In this document: positions 39,227 to 52,294 of the stretch, one piece after another
Layout of the letters: each line of letters starts with the position of its first letter
How positions within the stretch are numbered: position 1 is the stretch's first letter
Assembly: GCF_018977255.1 (NCBI RefSeq)
Contig: NW_024704742.1
Location: 107,386,001 to 107,450,000 of the forward strand
Length of the DNA: 64,000 bases
Reading direction: 5' to 3'
Source: Callorhinchus milii
Lineage: Eukaryota
Translations under genes and position numbers: made by a program
Notes under the pieces: model-generated
Told to the model about the DNA's origin: nothing
The model's database searches: none
What the model saw: only the letters and a program-made list of their open reading frames with translations

Positions 39227-42200
39227 ATGCCGGAAGGATGTCTCAAAGCGCTTTGCAGGACTGAGAATGTAAAGCCCAAAATCCACAGCGCTACGACAGT
39301 GATGTCAGGCAATGAGAAGATCTTATACCTTATCAGAGATTTATACAGAATGCAGGAAAAAACATACTTATTTGTATCATCTTCAATTTCAACATTTTTT
39401 TCTAATTACAAATGATTTTGATTCTGTTCAGAGGCCTTGCCGTGTTTCGTAAATCAGGAAATTTGTGGAAATCCACCCCAATAGATGGATGAACAAAGTT
39501 TATAACCTAGTAGATTTTTAATAAGTTGTCTGACTTCAAATTCTGTAATATTTTTCTCTGAAAATGATCATCAATTTTATGTGCACATCATTGGACATTA
39601 TCAAGAGTTGATTGCATTTACCTTTAACATCAAGACAATCATCAGAGTATTAATAGAGATACAACAAACAACAAGAGTATTTGCATACCAAAATTAAACA
39701 AAACTGCTTCAGATATGTTTGATGTATTTACTAAGGAGTTTTCAATTCAGCATATTTCTCAAAATGGATTACACACAGCATTAATAATTTATGGAAACAG
39801 TTTTGTAGAAAGCATACAACAATCTTTTTTGAGTTGCATGGGAAATTTTGTACTAATAACACTGATACAGTAACCCAGCAACAGAATTCATAGTTCAAGC
39901 ACTAATTATCAGGCTCCATTGCACTAGATTAACAGCACAAATTGAGCATTGCAAACCAGCTTTGTATTCCATTTTAATGTTAATAGTACTTTTCTAGAAC
40001 AGAATGTTAAGTAATTGCCTTTCAAACATTTATAACCTGCTTAGCCTCAAAGATCATTGCAAATCACAAATTTCAATATAATTCAACTGCATGAAAAAGG
40101 AAAACAATAAACTCAGTAATTTTATGTATGTTCAAATTTCACTATAATTCAACAAAGGTGAATAGAAGGATAGAAAATATATCTGTACACATCATTAGGT
40201 TAAGACCCCAGGGACTGATGTGCTATTCCATCTCCTACAAAGAGCTAGTTTGGCTGGTCCATCATCAGTACCTTGGACCTGCCTAGTTCAGATATCAAAC
40301 TCCCACGATTGTCACACAGGATCAACTTAATTTTGATCTTTCATTGCTTGAAATTCATTGCATGCCACACCGGATTCAACTTAACCCCAGAGACCCGGCT
40401 TACCTCTCCCCCCAGACTCCCTCTGAAGATGGTCACCAGTTGCCTGGTGGATCATAGGTACCAACAATTTTGTCATATGCAAACTTTCAAGCTGAAAAAA
40501 ACAGTACAATTTCTGCATGTTTCTTTTAAATAATGATTAACTACATGGTAGGGTCCACTTCATTTTGAGTGTTAAAAACATCCTCCACTAGGATAACAAG
40601 TGATATTCTTTAGGGCTACTTTTAACAGCTACATTTTGGCTGGAGCTATGAATGCAAAATGATGAATGTAAAAAACAGATGTAAAAATAATGCTTAATAA
40701 ATACATTAAGGTTGTGACAGCCTTATCTAGCTTGACTGAGACTTTATTTGAGACTCAGTCAAAAAGCAGACTACGATAATTTTTTCAGTATTTTTTGTCA
40801 CCAATTTATAATGGAGTATGCACTCCGCCAGTCCATTTATCAAGTCTCCAGTTAGAGCAAGCCTATTGTTCCTAAACAAATGATTAATTGCCTGGTTCCT
40901 TGAACACAAAATGTTTAAACCCACTGAGCATTAACATAAGAATGCTGCATCAGCATTGAAAAAAAATCTCAAGATTAGAACTCTTGACACGATTTAAGAA
41001 ATTGAATCTGGGTTTTTAATATTTTCCTATTTTCACACTGGATAGAATTGGTCCAAGACAAAAGGGCCCCAACATGGGTATTTCTCTAAGGGAATAGAAA
41101 CTGGAAGTGCACGGATTGGGCTCATGTAAAACTAGGCTCAAGTCAGACAAGCGATTGCTTATTTAGAAACCATTTTCCACCCTTGGTCTAGAATTCAAGG
41201 GTGGAAAATAACTTTTTATTGAAAACTCAGCTGAAAATCAAGTGTAGTAGAACACCTGCATTAGAAGATCCTCACTGGAAATTCAATAAATGATGTGATC
41301 ATTTTCAATAAATTTTTTCAATAAATTTTCAATAAATTATGAAATAAATTATGCAAGATCATTTTCGTCCACCTTACATTATAAGCCCCATTAGTAAAGG
41401 GTTATTTGCACTCATTAACATCTCCAATGAGAGCAATATCAATAAAGCCTATTTTGGTACATTGAAACATTAACATGCAGTGTCCCAGTAGTGAGAAACT
41501 GAAGATTAATCAATTTCATATGGTTGATTTACCAAACATCAGCCACATCCTTGTGGGTAGGAAAGGGAACATTCTGATGAAGTTTCCTTTAGCCACTGTG
41601 CTTCTCCAAACTGTGAATTCAGAGGAAGTGGTTGAAGCATGTCAACAGACTCTTATTTAATGTGATCAGGGTAGATTCACATATCTGTGCCCCCTTGCAC
41701 ACAAAAAGTCTTGTGTCAATATACACTCATGTCAACTGGAAGTTGTTTGGTCCTGGATACTATATCTGAACACCCAATACAATTGTTCCTCTCAGGTAAT
41801 GTGATCAACTTGACAGTGCACCCACAATGAACTCCAAGAATGATTTCCTCAGCCATAAAAATCTGCTAAACTATTATAATGGCCAAAATCATAAGATCTA
41901 TTGCTTTCCTGATAATGAGTATAAACACTTTTTCAACATCAATGATTGATCATGTTGAGTCATTCCAATATTTAATGCGAATCCCAAATTCCAAAAGACA
42001 AATAGCACCGTTGGATAACACTTGCAATATCCATGAGGTGAGTTAAGTTTATTCAACAGCATCATGTCATCTGTGACTGACAAGAACCCCTCAGAATTTC
42101 TGGGAGCTCCAGTGTAAAATGTAGATGGTGTCCCCAGATTAACTAGGCATTGATGGCTAGGCATTGTTAGCCACATATCAGAGAACCATGACAGCAATAG

Positions 42201-42924
42201 GCAAACTTATGCAGCAATCTCAGCTAATAGGGGTGGACTATAGGTGAAGCATGAACAACCCAGTAGGAAAACACATCCCTAGATCCGTGTTCAATATAGG
42301 CTAGCACTGAGTAGGTACAGTCTGGAACTAGATCTTGACCACCCTTACTAGATTAACCCTTACTGTCCTTAAATTTATCCCACAAGGCAGCCAGTATTTC
42401 CAAGATCAATCTATAATAATAAATAATCCCGGCATTTGATGTAGCGCTTTTCACGTCTTCTAGACGTCCCAAAGCGCTTCACAGAATATATTTTAAAGTG
42501 AATAGACTATATTTGTGCACGAAACGCAGCAGCCAATTGCGCACAGCAGTGTCCCACAAACAGTCGTGGATTGAAGTGACCAATTTATTATTGTTACTTT
42601 TATAATCTATAACAATCTATTATGATTCTGCATTGTGGGAATGTTCTACTTCAACAAGAAGCAGAATAGACATCAGGGTTAACGACTCACATCAGGGTTT
42701 GTACAATAGAGTGGTTAAAGCTAAACACATCTTTTTTCTTAAGAGGTGAAGATGAAATTTTAAAAAAATCAAATTTACCCAAAACAGAAATGTTTAACAA
42801 AGCTAAAGTAGTGAGGTCTGAGGCGAAAGGGGGAGGCAAAACCTTCTTGTGTGACACAAGTGGGAAAGTTGGGGCAGAATGAGTTTCTTCCAGTGATAGG
42901 TGGAGGATGCAAAATGAAGACAGT

Positions 42925-44036
42925 GATTTTTATTTACAAGACTTACTATCACATATTTATTAGTGTTTTATTAAAAAAANTCTTTTTTTTTCTTTTAGCA
43001 GTACAAGCAACATATCCCAACATAACAGGTCTTCAGAATTTACTTTGAAACATTTGATTACACTTGTAATCATTATGATGCAGTTACTCAAATACCATTA
43101 TAATAACATCTTATAACAGTCTTTGCCAGAAATTCTCATGACAAAAACAAACTATTTACTCAATACTCATACAGAAAAATATCTAAAAGGCATTGATTGA
43201 CATTTAAGTAACCTTTCAATTATTTAATACCTACTTCACATTTGCATAAAGGAAAAAAAATCATTAAGACTGATCATTATAGGAGTGAATTTTGTAAACA
43301 CATTTCCAGATTCCCCAAATCTATATAGATTCTGTACACAGTATATGAGAACTTTAACTTCTACACATTGCATTAGCACAGTGTGTGGCTCAACTTTCCT
43401 AGGAAAGGATTATTAAAATTACACTAAATTCATTAAAACTAGTTACTGTTAGTACGAATACAAAACTGTTACAAGCTTCAAGAATATTTCTAATCTTCTC
43501 AAGTCTATCTTTGGACTCTACTTAGGCAACTTTTTAATTCTAATTACTTGACCATTGCTACCCTTGAACTCTGACCCTAAACTTAGGCTTCAAGGCTGAC
43601 TCCAATCGTACTGTATAATTTCCCTGAACTTTTAGCAGACTTTCCAATTGCCATATTGTTCCAGGCCAAATCTAGACGAATAATTATGTGTACATACATA
43701 ATAATTAGAAACATTTCCATTTGCTCTCCTATTTAAAAAAANTAAAAGTAATAATTCTTTCTATATCTTTACAGACAGAATTAAAACCTACATACTCCAT
43801 TTTCATTGCACATATAATCAGAAGCAAAAAAAACACATTTGCCCATATATTAAAATAGTACCTTCTTCATAGGACAGTAGAGATACAAAACTACTGTACA
43901 GAAATAACTTACAGTACATACAATACATAGATTTGGAACCCATTCCAATATAGCAAAGTGCAGATAATTTCTTTATATTGCTGGAATCTTTGTAGCTTAG
44001 GTCTTGATCAAAGGTGCACTGCAAAGTTCACAGCAT
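42925..44036 (-). other. FAM174A: Putative FAM174A 3' UTR (~1.1 kb)
   Basis: AT-rich stretch with no recognisable TE, running from the stop codon to a cluster of poly(A) signals. Confidence 0.65.
42929..42972 (-). promoter_or_regulatory. Cluster of three AATAAA polyadenylation signals
   Basis: Plus-strand TTTATT at 42929-42934, 42956-42961 and 42967-42972. A U-rich tract (CTGTCTTCATTTTG) lies downstream on the minus strand. Confidence 0.6.
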
Positions 44037-44040
44037 CTAT
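44037..44040 (-). CDS. FAM174A: FAM174A terminal exon, coding part (A + TAG stop)
   Basis: Strong acceptor TTTCATTTTTTATGTTTTATTGCAG|ATAG. The A completes the split codon AG|A (Arg) and TAG ends the protein as ...HSRR*. The implied intron is 44041-51571. Confidence 0.8.
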
Positions 44041-44590
44041 CTGCAATAAAACATAAAAAATGAAAGTAAGATGCTTCCTCATTCATTTAGGTTTGAACAC
44101 AATTGATTGCTGTACCACATACAAATTAATAATGATGATTTATTTATGCAAAAGCCTTCATTGGCAAGATCTCATGAAAAGAAAAAAAGGAAAATGGCAA
44201 CAGAACTATTTGCATTATCACACAATACACATGCCTTATCTCAGAATCAAGTATTTTCAAAAATGACCCCCAAAAAATCAAAATGCATCTGCTTCATTTG
44301 TATATCCTTTATTTCCTTTAAAGAACTTTACCCCCCCACCTAAAGCATACTATTCTTAATGGTAATACTCAAAAGAACCTGCTGATTTAATGTCTATAGC
44401 TGGTGGAGACAAAAATAGTCTGTGCAGGCCTTGAGCACAAATAGGACCAGCTATATATTCTTTAGTGTTGCCAATCAAAAATATTTTGAAATGAAACCTG
44501 TACTGTAATGCAGATGATCACCACTACTCAATTATACAGGAAGTTGTTCTTTAGTATCTGGAAACTAGTTAATGAAGAAATGTTTGTTCA

Positions 44591-46110
44591 TTCTGGCACT
44601 GTTCCCATCCCCCTCAAAACAGCCATAATCACCCCCCATCCTGAAAAAACCTTTTCTGGATCCATCCCTGTTTTCTAACTACTGGCCCATCTCCAAATTC
44701 CCTTTCCTTTCCAAGGCCCTTGAAAGAGTTGTCGTTTCCCAGCTTCGCTCCTTCCTTCCTACCGCTCCCTTCACGAGCCCCTCCAATCGGGTTTCTGTGC
44801 TGCTCACCACACGGAAACTGCTCTGGTCAAGATCACAAACGACATCCTGTCCATTTCAGCGCCTTGGGACATCCTCCCGACGTGAAAGGCGCTCTATAAA
44901 TGGAATCTTGTTGTTGTTGTTTGTAACCAGGGATCCCTCTGCCTCCTTGACCTCTCTGCTGCCTGTAGAGCACTCCATCCTCCTCCACTGTCTCTCCTCT
45001 TACCTCAACCTTCAAGGTTCTGTCCTTGAATGGTTCAGGTCTTCTCTCTCATACTGTCTCCAATTTGTCTCTGCCAACGGTTTCTCTTCCAGCCCCTCGG
45101 TGACATCATCCACAGACATTGGGTCAACTTCCATATGTACGCAGATGACACACAACTCTATCTCTCTACCTCCACCCTCGATTCCAGGACACCTGACGTC
45201 CTGACAGACTATCTGTCAGACATCATGTCCCGGATGAGAGCCAACTTTCTGCAGCTTAGTGTCAGCAAGAACGAGGCCCCCCGATTGGCTCGCCCAGAAC
45301 CTCTGCACCTCAGTTACTGGCAGTATCAGCATCCACAGATACACACTGAACCTCAGCAAGCCAGTCAGGAACCTGGGTGTCTTGTTCGACCTTCAACTGT
45401 CCTTTATCCCCCATATTTGTGCCACGACCTGCACTGCCTTCTCCCACCTACGCAACGTTGCCCGACTCCGCCACTACCTCACCCCTCAGGCCACCGTAAC
45501 CCTCATACAAACATTCATCACCTCAAGACTCAACTACGGAAACTCCCACCTCGTCGGCCTCCCCAACTCTTCCCTCCACAAGCTGCAGAATATCCAGAAC
45601 TCTGCAGCTTATGTCCTCTCCTGCATCAGGCTCTGTGATCCCATCACCCCCACCCTCGCCCGGCTCCACTGGCTTCCCAACCCTCAGAGGATAGAACTCA
45701 CAATCCTCGTCCTCATTTTCAAGGCCCTCCACGTCCTTGCCCCCTCCTATCTCTCTGACCTGTTAACACCCTATCAACCTGCCTGCTCCCTCTGTTCAGC
45801 AGGCTCCGGACTGCTCCATGTCTCCTGCCCGACCCGCCCTACCATCAGCGGCCAGGCTTTCAGCCTCTCTGCCCCACCCTTTAGAACTCCATCCCACAAT
45901 TCCTTCGCCTTGCTCCCTCTCTTGCCTCATTCAAGGCATGACTCAAGACCCTTTTTTTCGAACGTGCCTTCAGCCGCCCTTCTATCTCTCTGCCCTCCCT
46001 CATCCCAACCCCGTCACCTCACGCTCGGGTCCTGATCCCCAACTGCTCAGCGCCTTGGGACGTTCTACCGACATGAAAGGAGCTTTACAAATGTAATATT
46101 GTTATTGTTG
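44591..46110 (+). mobile_element. L2 LINE RT pseudogene in FAM174A intron 2, with an L2 tail nested at about 44856-44921
   Basis: HMYADDTQLY, VRNLGVLFD, FITSRLNY, LHWLP; (TTG)n tail. Confidence 0.93.
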
Positions 46111-49100
46111 ATCATATCTGATATTAGCTTTGGAACAGAAATCATGATTCCCATAATTTCTACAAATGGGATGCCCTCCCAACGTGAAAGTGCTATATAA
46201 ATGGAATTTGATGTTGAATGATTAGCATCATTGAAGGCGAGTCTGTAAATATGAGAGGTTTGTAATTATCCATGAAGGTGAGGTCTATAACTGCCAGGTG
46301 ATTAGTTGTTCATTTTTTGCAGCAGATAACTTCCTTTAACTTTACTGCTGAAAGTTACTGCTCTACAGTTTGAGAATTGGCATCCTTTTCAGATTCAAAT
46401 CGAGTATCCCAAATGATTTGTTGCTTCCCTGCTGTCATAATTGAACATATGAAAAATACTCAAGAAATATTCAGAAAACACCAAGAACAGGAAAATAATG
46501 ACACAGAAAAGGGGAAAAAAAAGGTTTTTTCCCTTTTCTGTAGGAGCCGGATGAAAGAGAAGGACCTCCAAAGTAATAATATTAGAATTATTCCCATAAC
46601 ATCCACAGACCTGTTTAGGAAGGAGATTAAATGCTTTGGTGCTTGGCTTGGAAAATTATGCAGTAAGGAATTTCAGATTTTATAAGCTGTACAGGAGAAC
46701 AGCTTTCATGTTCCTTGCAGAAATGTTAACTAGGGCAATGGGAAAGGATTCAAAATAGTTAGGAAGGGGGTGAAAAAACAGAACACACCAAATAGAAAGA
46801 GGCAGTCTTTAAGAATCTTAAAAATGGGTTATGACTAGGAAAAAGATAAATTAAGAAAACAGACAGCAAAAAGAAAAAATGGGATTTAAGAGGGATAAAT
46901 GATTCTAGTATATATAAATTAGCAGATAAAACATTGACTTCTGGTTGACTTCTGGTGAAATGGTTCCAGCATGTATAATCATTCTGACTCGGAGAAAAGG
47001 GTGCATTGTACGGTCTATGGCTAATAAGAAAGATTATAACAAAATGAGATTTTAAAAAGCAACATATGATAAAACCGAGCAAACAATACAATTCACATTT
47101 GATGTAATTTTCAAGCTTAGGTTTTTATTTGTTGGAACTTTCACCAAACTATTTACCTCTTAGAGATTCTACAATCAAAGTTATAGAGGGCTCATTAAAA
47201 TGTTCAATATTCAAAGCGTTGTATTGAGTTAAAAATTCAACATCGTTAATCGTCAACCCACATAAGCAGAGTTCCCTTAAACAAGCACTTTTGCTCTGCC
47301 CACAAGCACTGTATTTTGTTTGTCAAAAAGTACACAAATCTCTATCTAGTGTGCTGTAACAAAAGTTAAATAGGGTAAGAAATTGGCAAATTGTAAAAAA
47401 AAGAGGAACAAGTATACCAGTTATGACAGAGGGATTTCCCACTATAAATGCAGAACGAATCTAGTGTTAGAAAACAATGCATGCTAAACTCCTGTAAGAG
47501 TTTCACTACTAATCTAGATTGCAAAATAGTTAAACAAATACCATTTTGGAACAAATGAACACAAATTGTGAAAGGTAAAACACATGTGAGAATAGAGATT
47601 ATATAAACTGTGCAGGAAATTTAAACAAATCATCTGACCTAAGTATCAACAGTTGAAAGAGTTTAAAATCAGAATTCTGTACTTCCCTTATCTCAAAACA
47701 GTACTTCCTATGAGGTTTTATGTTTTTCCAAACTAAACTTTCTCACAGCAAGATATCTTCTCACTTGTACTATAACTGTAAAATTACCATTAGTGAACTA
47801 GAACTCTAATCTTGTTTTCTCATGTGTACATCAAACAACTATATATAAATCCAGTTTTATTACATTGTTGAAAAGTGTTGTATAGAAGAGAACAAATAAA
47901 AATCAGTGTTTAAAAAAAACTAACAATTGTAGTTTCACTTAGTGGAGGTCCAAAGTAGGCTTTGCACTATAAGTGAGGCAACACTATAAAAAGGGGTTCA
48001 ACAGATAGATAATAAACAGGTTCTGTACAGGTTACCTGGCCTCAAACAAAAGGTACTTCAGGTTACTATCATAACATATGCATGGCACATATGCAACACA
48101 TGGTTAGCTCACGTTAAGGTAGCTCTAAGAAGTTTGAGAAGAAGCCAAAGCACAGAGTTGGATTGCTGATGTAAGGCTGAGGCACAACCAGTGCAATGTC
48201 ATTTATGCACTTGAAGTGTCAGGGCTCATGCTGACAGGGTAGGGAAAACCAGGTAACAGCATTTCCCTGAACTTTCAAATATGTAATCGTACAGATAGAT
48301 AAATGCTGAGATATTGGTTGCTTTGCAACTTCTCTGGTTGCAAAAACTATCCCAGCTCAATATCACAAAATACCAAAGTCTAATCAGTTCTTCAGCATCT
48401 GTTTGTCAGATTAGACATTAAAACCAAGGTTCCATTCACCCTTTCAGGTAGATGCCAAAGATCTAGGACTAGAAAAGATCATTTTGCTGCAACAAGGCTA
48501 TCCTTAAGTAAGCCTCTGCTGCATTCTCTCTCTTACACCCTTCATCAAATTCTTTGCCAAATAGCTATCCTATCCAATTTGCCGACACAATTTGCCTTCA
48601 CAGTCTTCCTGGGTAGTCTATTCAGTCTTCCTCTCTGTAAACATATGATTGAAGCTCAATTTATCTATACCCTGTAGGATCTTAAACAATTTAATGTCAA
48701 GCTAGGGCTCTTTAATCATGAAAAACATTGTCACAGAAGGGACTTTATAGAAGTTTATAAGAATGGCTTTTGCAACCCTGAACCTCATTATTTTTGTTAA
48801 TATTGAATGGGATTGAGGAAGTAAACACAGAACAATACTTTTGGATCTACTAAGATAGCAAAACAAAAAGAACGAGGTTCAGGATTGCAATGGGCAATTA
48901 CAGCACAGACAGCAGGACGTATTTCTTCACCCAGCGGATAATTAACGGCAAGAACAGGTTATCAGGAAGGTAACTGGTTGAGTACAGCTTTCTGCCCTCA
49001 TTATTTTTAAAAAAAGGTTGATGCTGTAACGGGAGGATGACAGGGTGGATATTTTGAAAGGATGAGGCCAAATGGACCAAAGAACTTCCTTCCTTCATCC

Positions 49101-50142
49101 AAACCTCTTGTGAGTTCTCCCCTGACTCTGGGTTTATTTAGTGTGAAGATTTGCACTGTTCTGTACTCCTCTATATTAAAAATAAATTTAAAGAGTTGAT
49201 TTTGCATAGAAGAAAAATTGTAGGATTAAGGATGGAGAAAAGGTGAAGTTCTCCTTATAGGAAAACGAATACTATGTCCCATAGGTACAACAACAACAAA
49301 ATTACATTTGTATAGCGCCCTTCACATCGGGAGGATGTCCCAAGGTGCTGGAAGTAACCAGAAAGTTAAAAAAAATTACCATGAGATAGTATAATTTTGA
49401 GGGTTTTTTTAAAAGAGAGTGGAAACCTCCCATTTAGTATACCACTCTTTCAGGGAATTTATCTTCACATCCAATGCAGGAATATCAACAAGTATGTCCA
49501 TTGGGAATTCCACAAATAAATATTTGGAGTAGAATTAGATATCATTTAGAAGATATTTCAGGCAGCAAAACTGAGTAACATACTTATGTATTCAGTTAGT
49601 ACTGAAATTGTCGTATTCAAACATTCCAGATTGACATTCAAGGGTAACCAGAATGTCAAATCAAAGGATATTCTATCAAAAATCAACTCTTCAAATGTAT
49701 TTTAAATATACAGAATATATAGAGTTGCTCACAGATTCATCAACAGTAAAACCTCTCAGCAGCAATTCAACTGATACACAAAGGATTTTTTAATCTTTAA
49801 AAAATAGTTAAAATCAGAAAGCAAGAAAACACCCTTTCATTCTTCGTTAGTATCTTAAAGGAGGGATAGTTCATCACTAGTTCTTCGCTTACAATGGAAG
49901 AAAAGAAAATAAAAGAAAAAATGTTCTCTTCCTCCAAAGTAATCAGAAATCCAAAAAAAAAGATTAATAATCAACAATTATACAGAATTACGCTTGGTAG
50001 TTGAATCAGCTCCTTTTGTTGAAGATACAAGATATATAACCTAATTTTCCTTTATTTTAAGCTTCTCCACATTTTACGACAATTGATTTATTAGTACCCA
50101 AGGGAAGGAAGATCGTTTCAGTCGGGGCAAAAATGCCTCCCT

Positions 50143-50275
50143 CAACAACAAATTATATTTCTATAGCGTCTTTCATGTCAGGAGGACGTCCTAAGGTGCT
50201 GGTCAAGCAAGGATTTGCACCCAAGTTGTGGGTTAGGATCAGGAGGGGTGGAGGGAGGGTGGGGGCAGAGAGAGA
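50143..50275 (-). mobile_element. L2 3' tail fragment
   Basis: CAACAACAAA...TTTCATGTCAGGAGGACGTCCTAAGG; a similar fragment is at about 49286-49350. Confidence 0.7.
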
Positions 50276-51571
50276 GGTGCTTTGAAGTGATTTGAGGCAT
50301 CCTCTCAAATGTGGAAGGGGCTAGTAAATGCATAAATAATAATTTAAATAGTTATTAAATTAAATTATTATTACAATAATACCCTTTGTGAAGAAACAAA
50401 TAGATACAGTTAATTATTCTGGTTAATTCAAACCTACAGCATATTAAAAAAGGACAAGGGACAGTCATAGAAAATTGTGCTAGTTTACTGTTCTTAAATT
50501 TATCCATGCGCCCCACCCCAAATCATCTCAGTCTGCTGTATTGTCAAACTAATTTAAACGTTTCTTCAAAGAACTCCAAATCAATCCTGATAGTCTAATT
50601 ATGAGGTCAGAACAAAAAGTGAGGATTTTGTTAAATATTGATTTTAAAAAATATATTTTTAGATTTAGTTTCCATTTTGGAACAAATTTTGTAGCGTCAC
50701 TAAAGTGGCAATGATAAATGATGCTACAGGATAAATTCCACATGGAAATTAGATCTTAAAAAAGGTTAAGATTCCAGCTTAGGCTCTGAGGCAATGTCAT
50801 ATAAAACACTGTACAGAATTCTACTTCTATATATTAGAAAAAAATTAATTGAGTAAAATGACTACACTGCAAGCACAAGTTTGAAGATCCTAGATGGAGA
50901 AACCTGAGAAGCACATCTTGTCTCCCCTCCACAAACCATTACAAGGTGTTCTTGCAGAAAATGAGCCAATACTGGTCTTGAATGAATAGAAGCTCTAGAT
51001 TCACAGCCAGGAATTAAAGATGTATTCCTGTTCTTCTGGGTTATACTAGTGACTCAGTAGAGTATGTCAATGCAAAACTAGAGAATCTACCCAAGTCGAA
51101 ATGACTGGTTTCTTCAGGAATTATTGAAATTAATTATAAATTTGGACCTTTCATAATTTAACTTTTTATTTTTTTTAAAGCTTGCACAGGAGACAAAAAA
51201 GGTGAATGGTTATGTCTTGAAATACCTTTTTTAATGTCAGATGCAAAAAACTAGGCTTCTTTTTCCACTAGAAGCCATTTGAATTTTATAGTTCAAATAC
51301 TTTGTTCATGGGATATTTCATTATGAAATCCTGAAACATTTCATACATTTTCATTTGGGTTACATTAGAAAACAAACGTTACTAGTCCATTACTCTGTTT
51401 CATACACTAGTGAACAGTGTATCTTTTTATTTTTGGCCAAAATATCCATACACACAAGGCTATCTCATTTCTTTGGACACACAAATAGAGACTTAACCTG
51501 CTCAGTTACTGTATTTCATGACTACCCCAGATTGATTTTAAGAAAGCATCATCATTAAATTGAATACTAAC

Positions 51572-51706
51572 CTCCTTGAATGATTCACATCAAATAGTGT
51601 ATCGTCCTCCTCATCATCTTCCTGATCTAAAGGTCTCATCTCCATGTTTTCTAGATGTGTATTCAGCACACCATACTTGCGCGTTTTTCTGTTAACTCTT
51701 CTCATC
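51572..51706 (-). CDS. FAM174A: FAM174A (TMEM157) internal coding exon, cytoplasmic tail
   Basis: Translates as [44 protein letters not shown](R), closely matching the FAM174A C-terminus as I recall it (RKTRRYGVL...ENMEL.PL...DDED..LFD.NH.RR). Acceptor TCTGTTTATCCTAG|G and donor AG|GTTAGT; 135 nt, phase 2-2. Confidence 0.93.
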
Positions 51707-51989
51707 CTAGGATAAACAGAAGTTGTTAGAATAATTGGCAAACAGTTTTGCTCAGCTATAGCCAAGTAGCTCCTTCTGGCTCCAAATGAATGTTAATTCA
51801 CCATTACAAATTCACAATAAGGAAATTATAAACATTTTCTATACAGTGTGAATAACTAGGAACAGTACAACCTGAAAGTCACTAATTGACGAGCTTATAA
51901 AACATATTTTTCCTACTTTTAAAATTGCACTGCATAACTGGTTAAAAAAAATTAATATCAATAATTGTTCAAAAATTTTGCTGAAGGTA

Positions 51990-52294
51990 TATAATAATAA
52001 TCCTTGCATTTGATATTGCGCTTTTCACGTCTTCTAGATGTTTCAAACTGCTTCACAGAATAGACTGTAAAGTGAATTGACTGTATATTTGTGGGCGAAA
52101 TGCGGCAGCCAATTGCTCACAGCAGTGTCCCAAAAACAATCGTGGATTGAAATGACCAATTTATCATTTTTTTTGAGGGATTATTATCAGGCGTGTAGAG
52201 TAAGTAAACTTGCCCAAGGTTTCACCCTGTCAGGAATTGAACCCAGGTTTCTCGCTTGCAAAGCGAGTACTCTAACCACTGAGCTACAGGACTC
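51990..52294 (-). mobile_element. tRNA-derived SINE, short form
   Basis: Full-length match about 280 bp upstream of the FAM174A exon. Confidence 0.92.

Noticed and set aside
1..42400. ST8SIA4 exons, expected from human synteny with FAM174A
   Set aside because: No sialyltransferase motifs appear in the ORF track or in my reading; the gene may lie outside the window.
16893..43742. Single N's at 16893, 42980 and 43742
   Set aside because: Each lies in a homopolymer run and is an assembly ambiguity typical of pyrosequencing, not biology.
51538..51765. 75-aa ORF as a single-exon gene
   Set aside because: Only 51572-51706 matches FAM174A and it is bounded by splice sites; the flanking residues are intronic.
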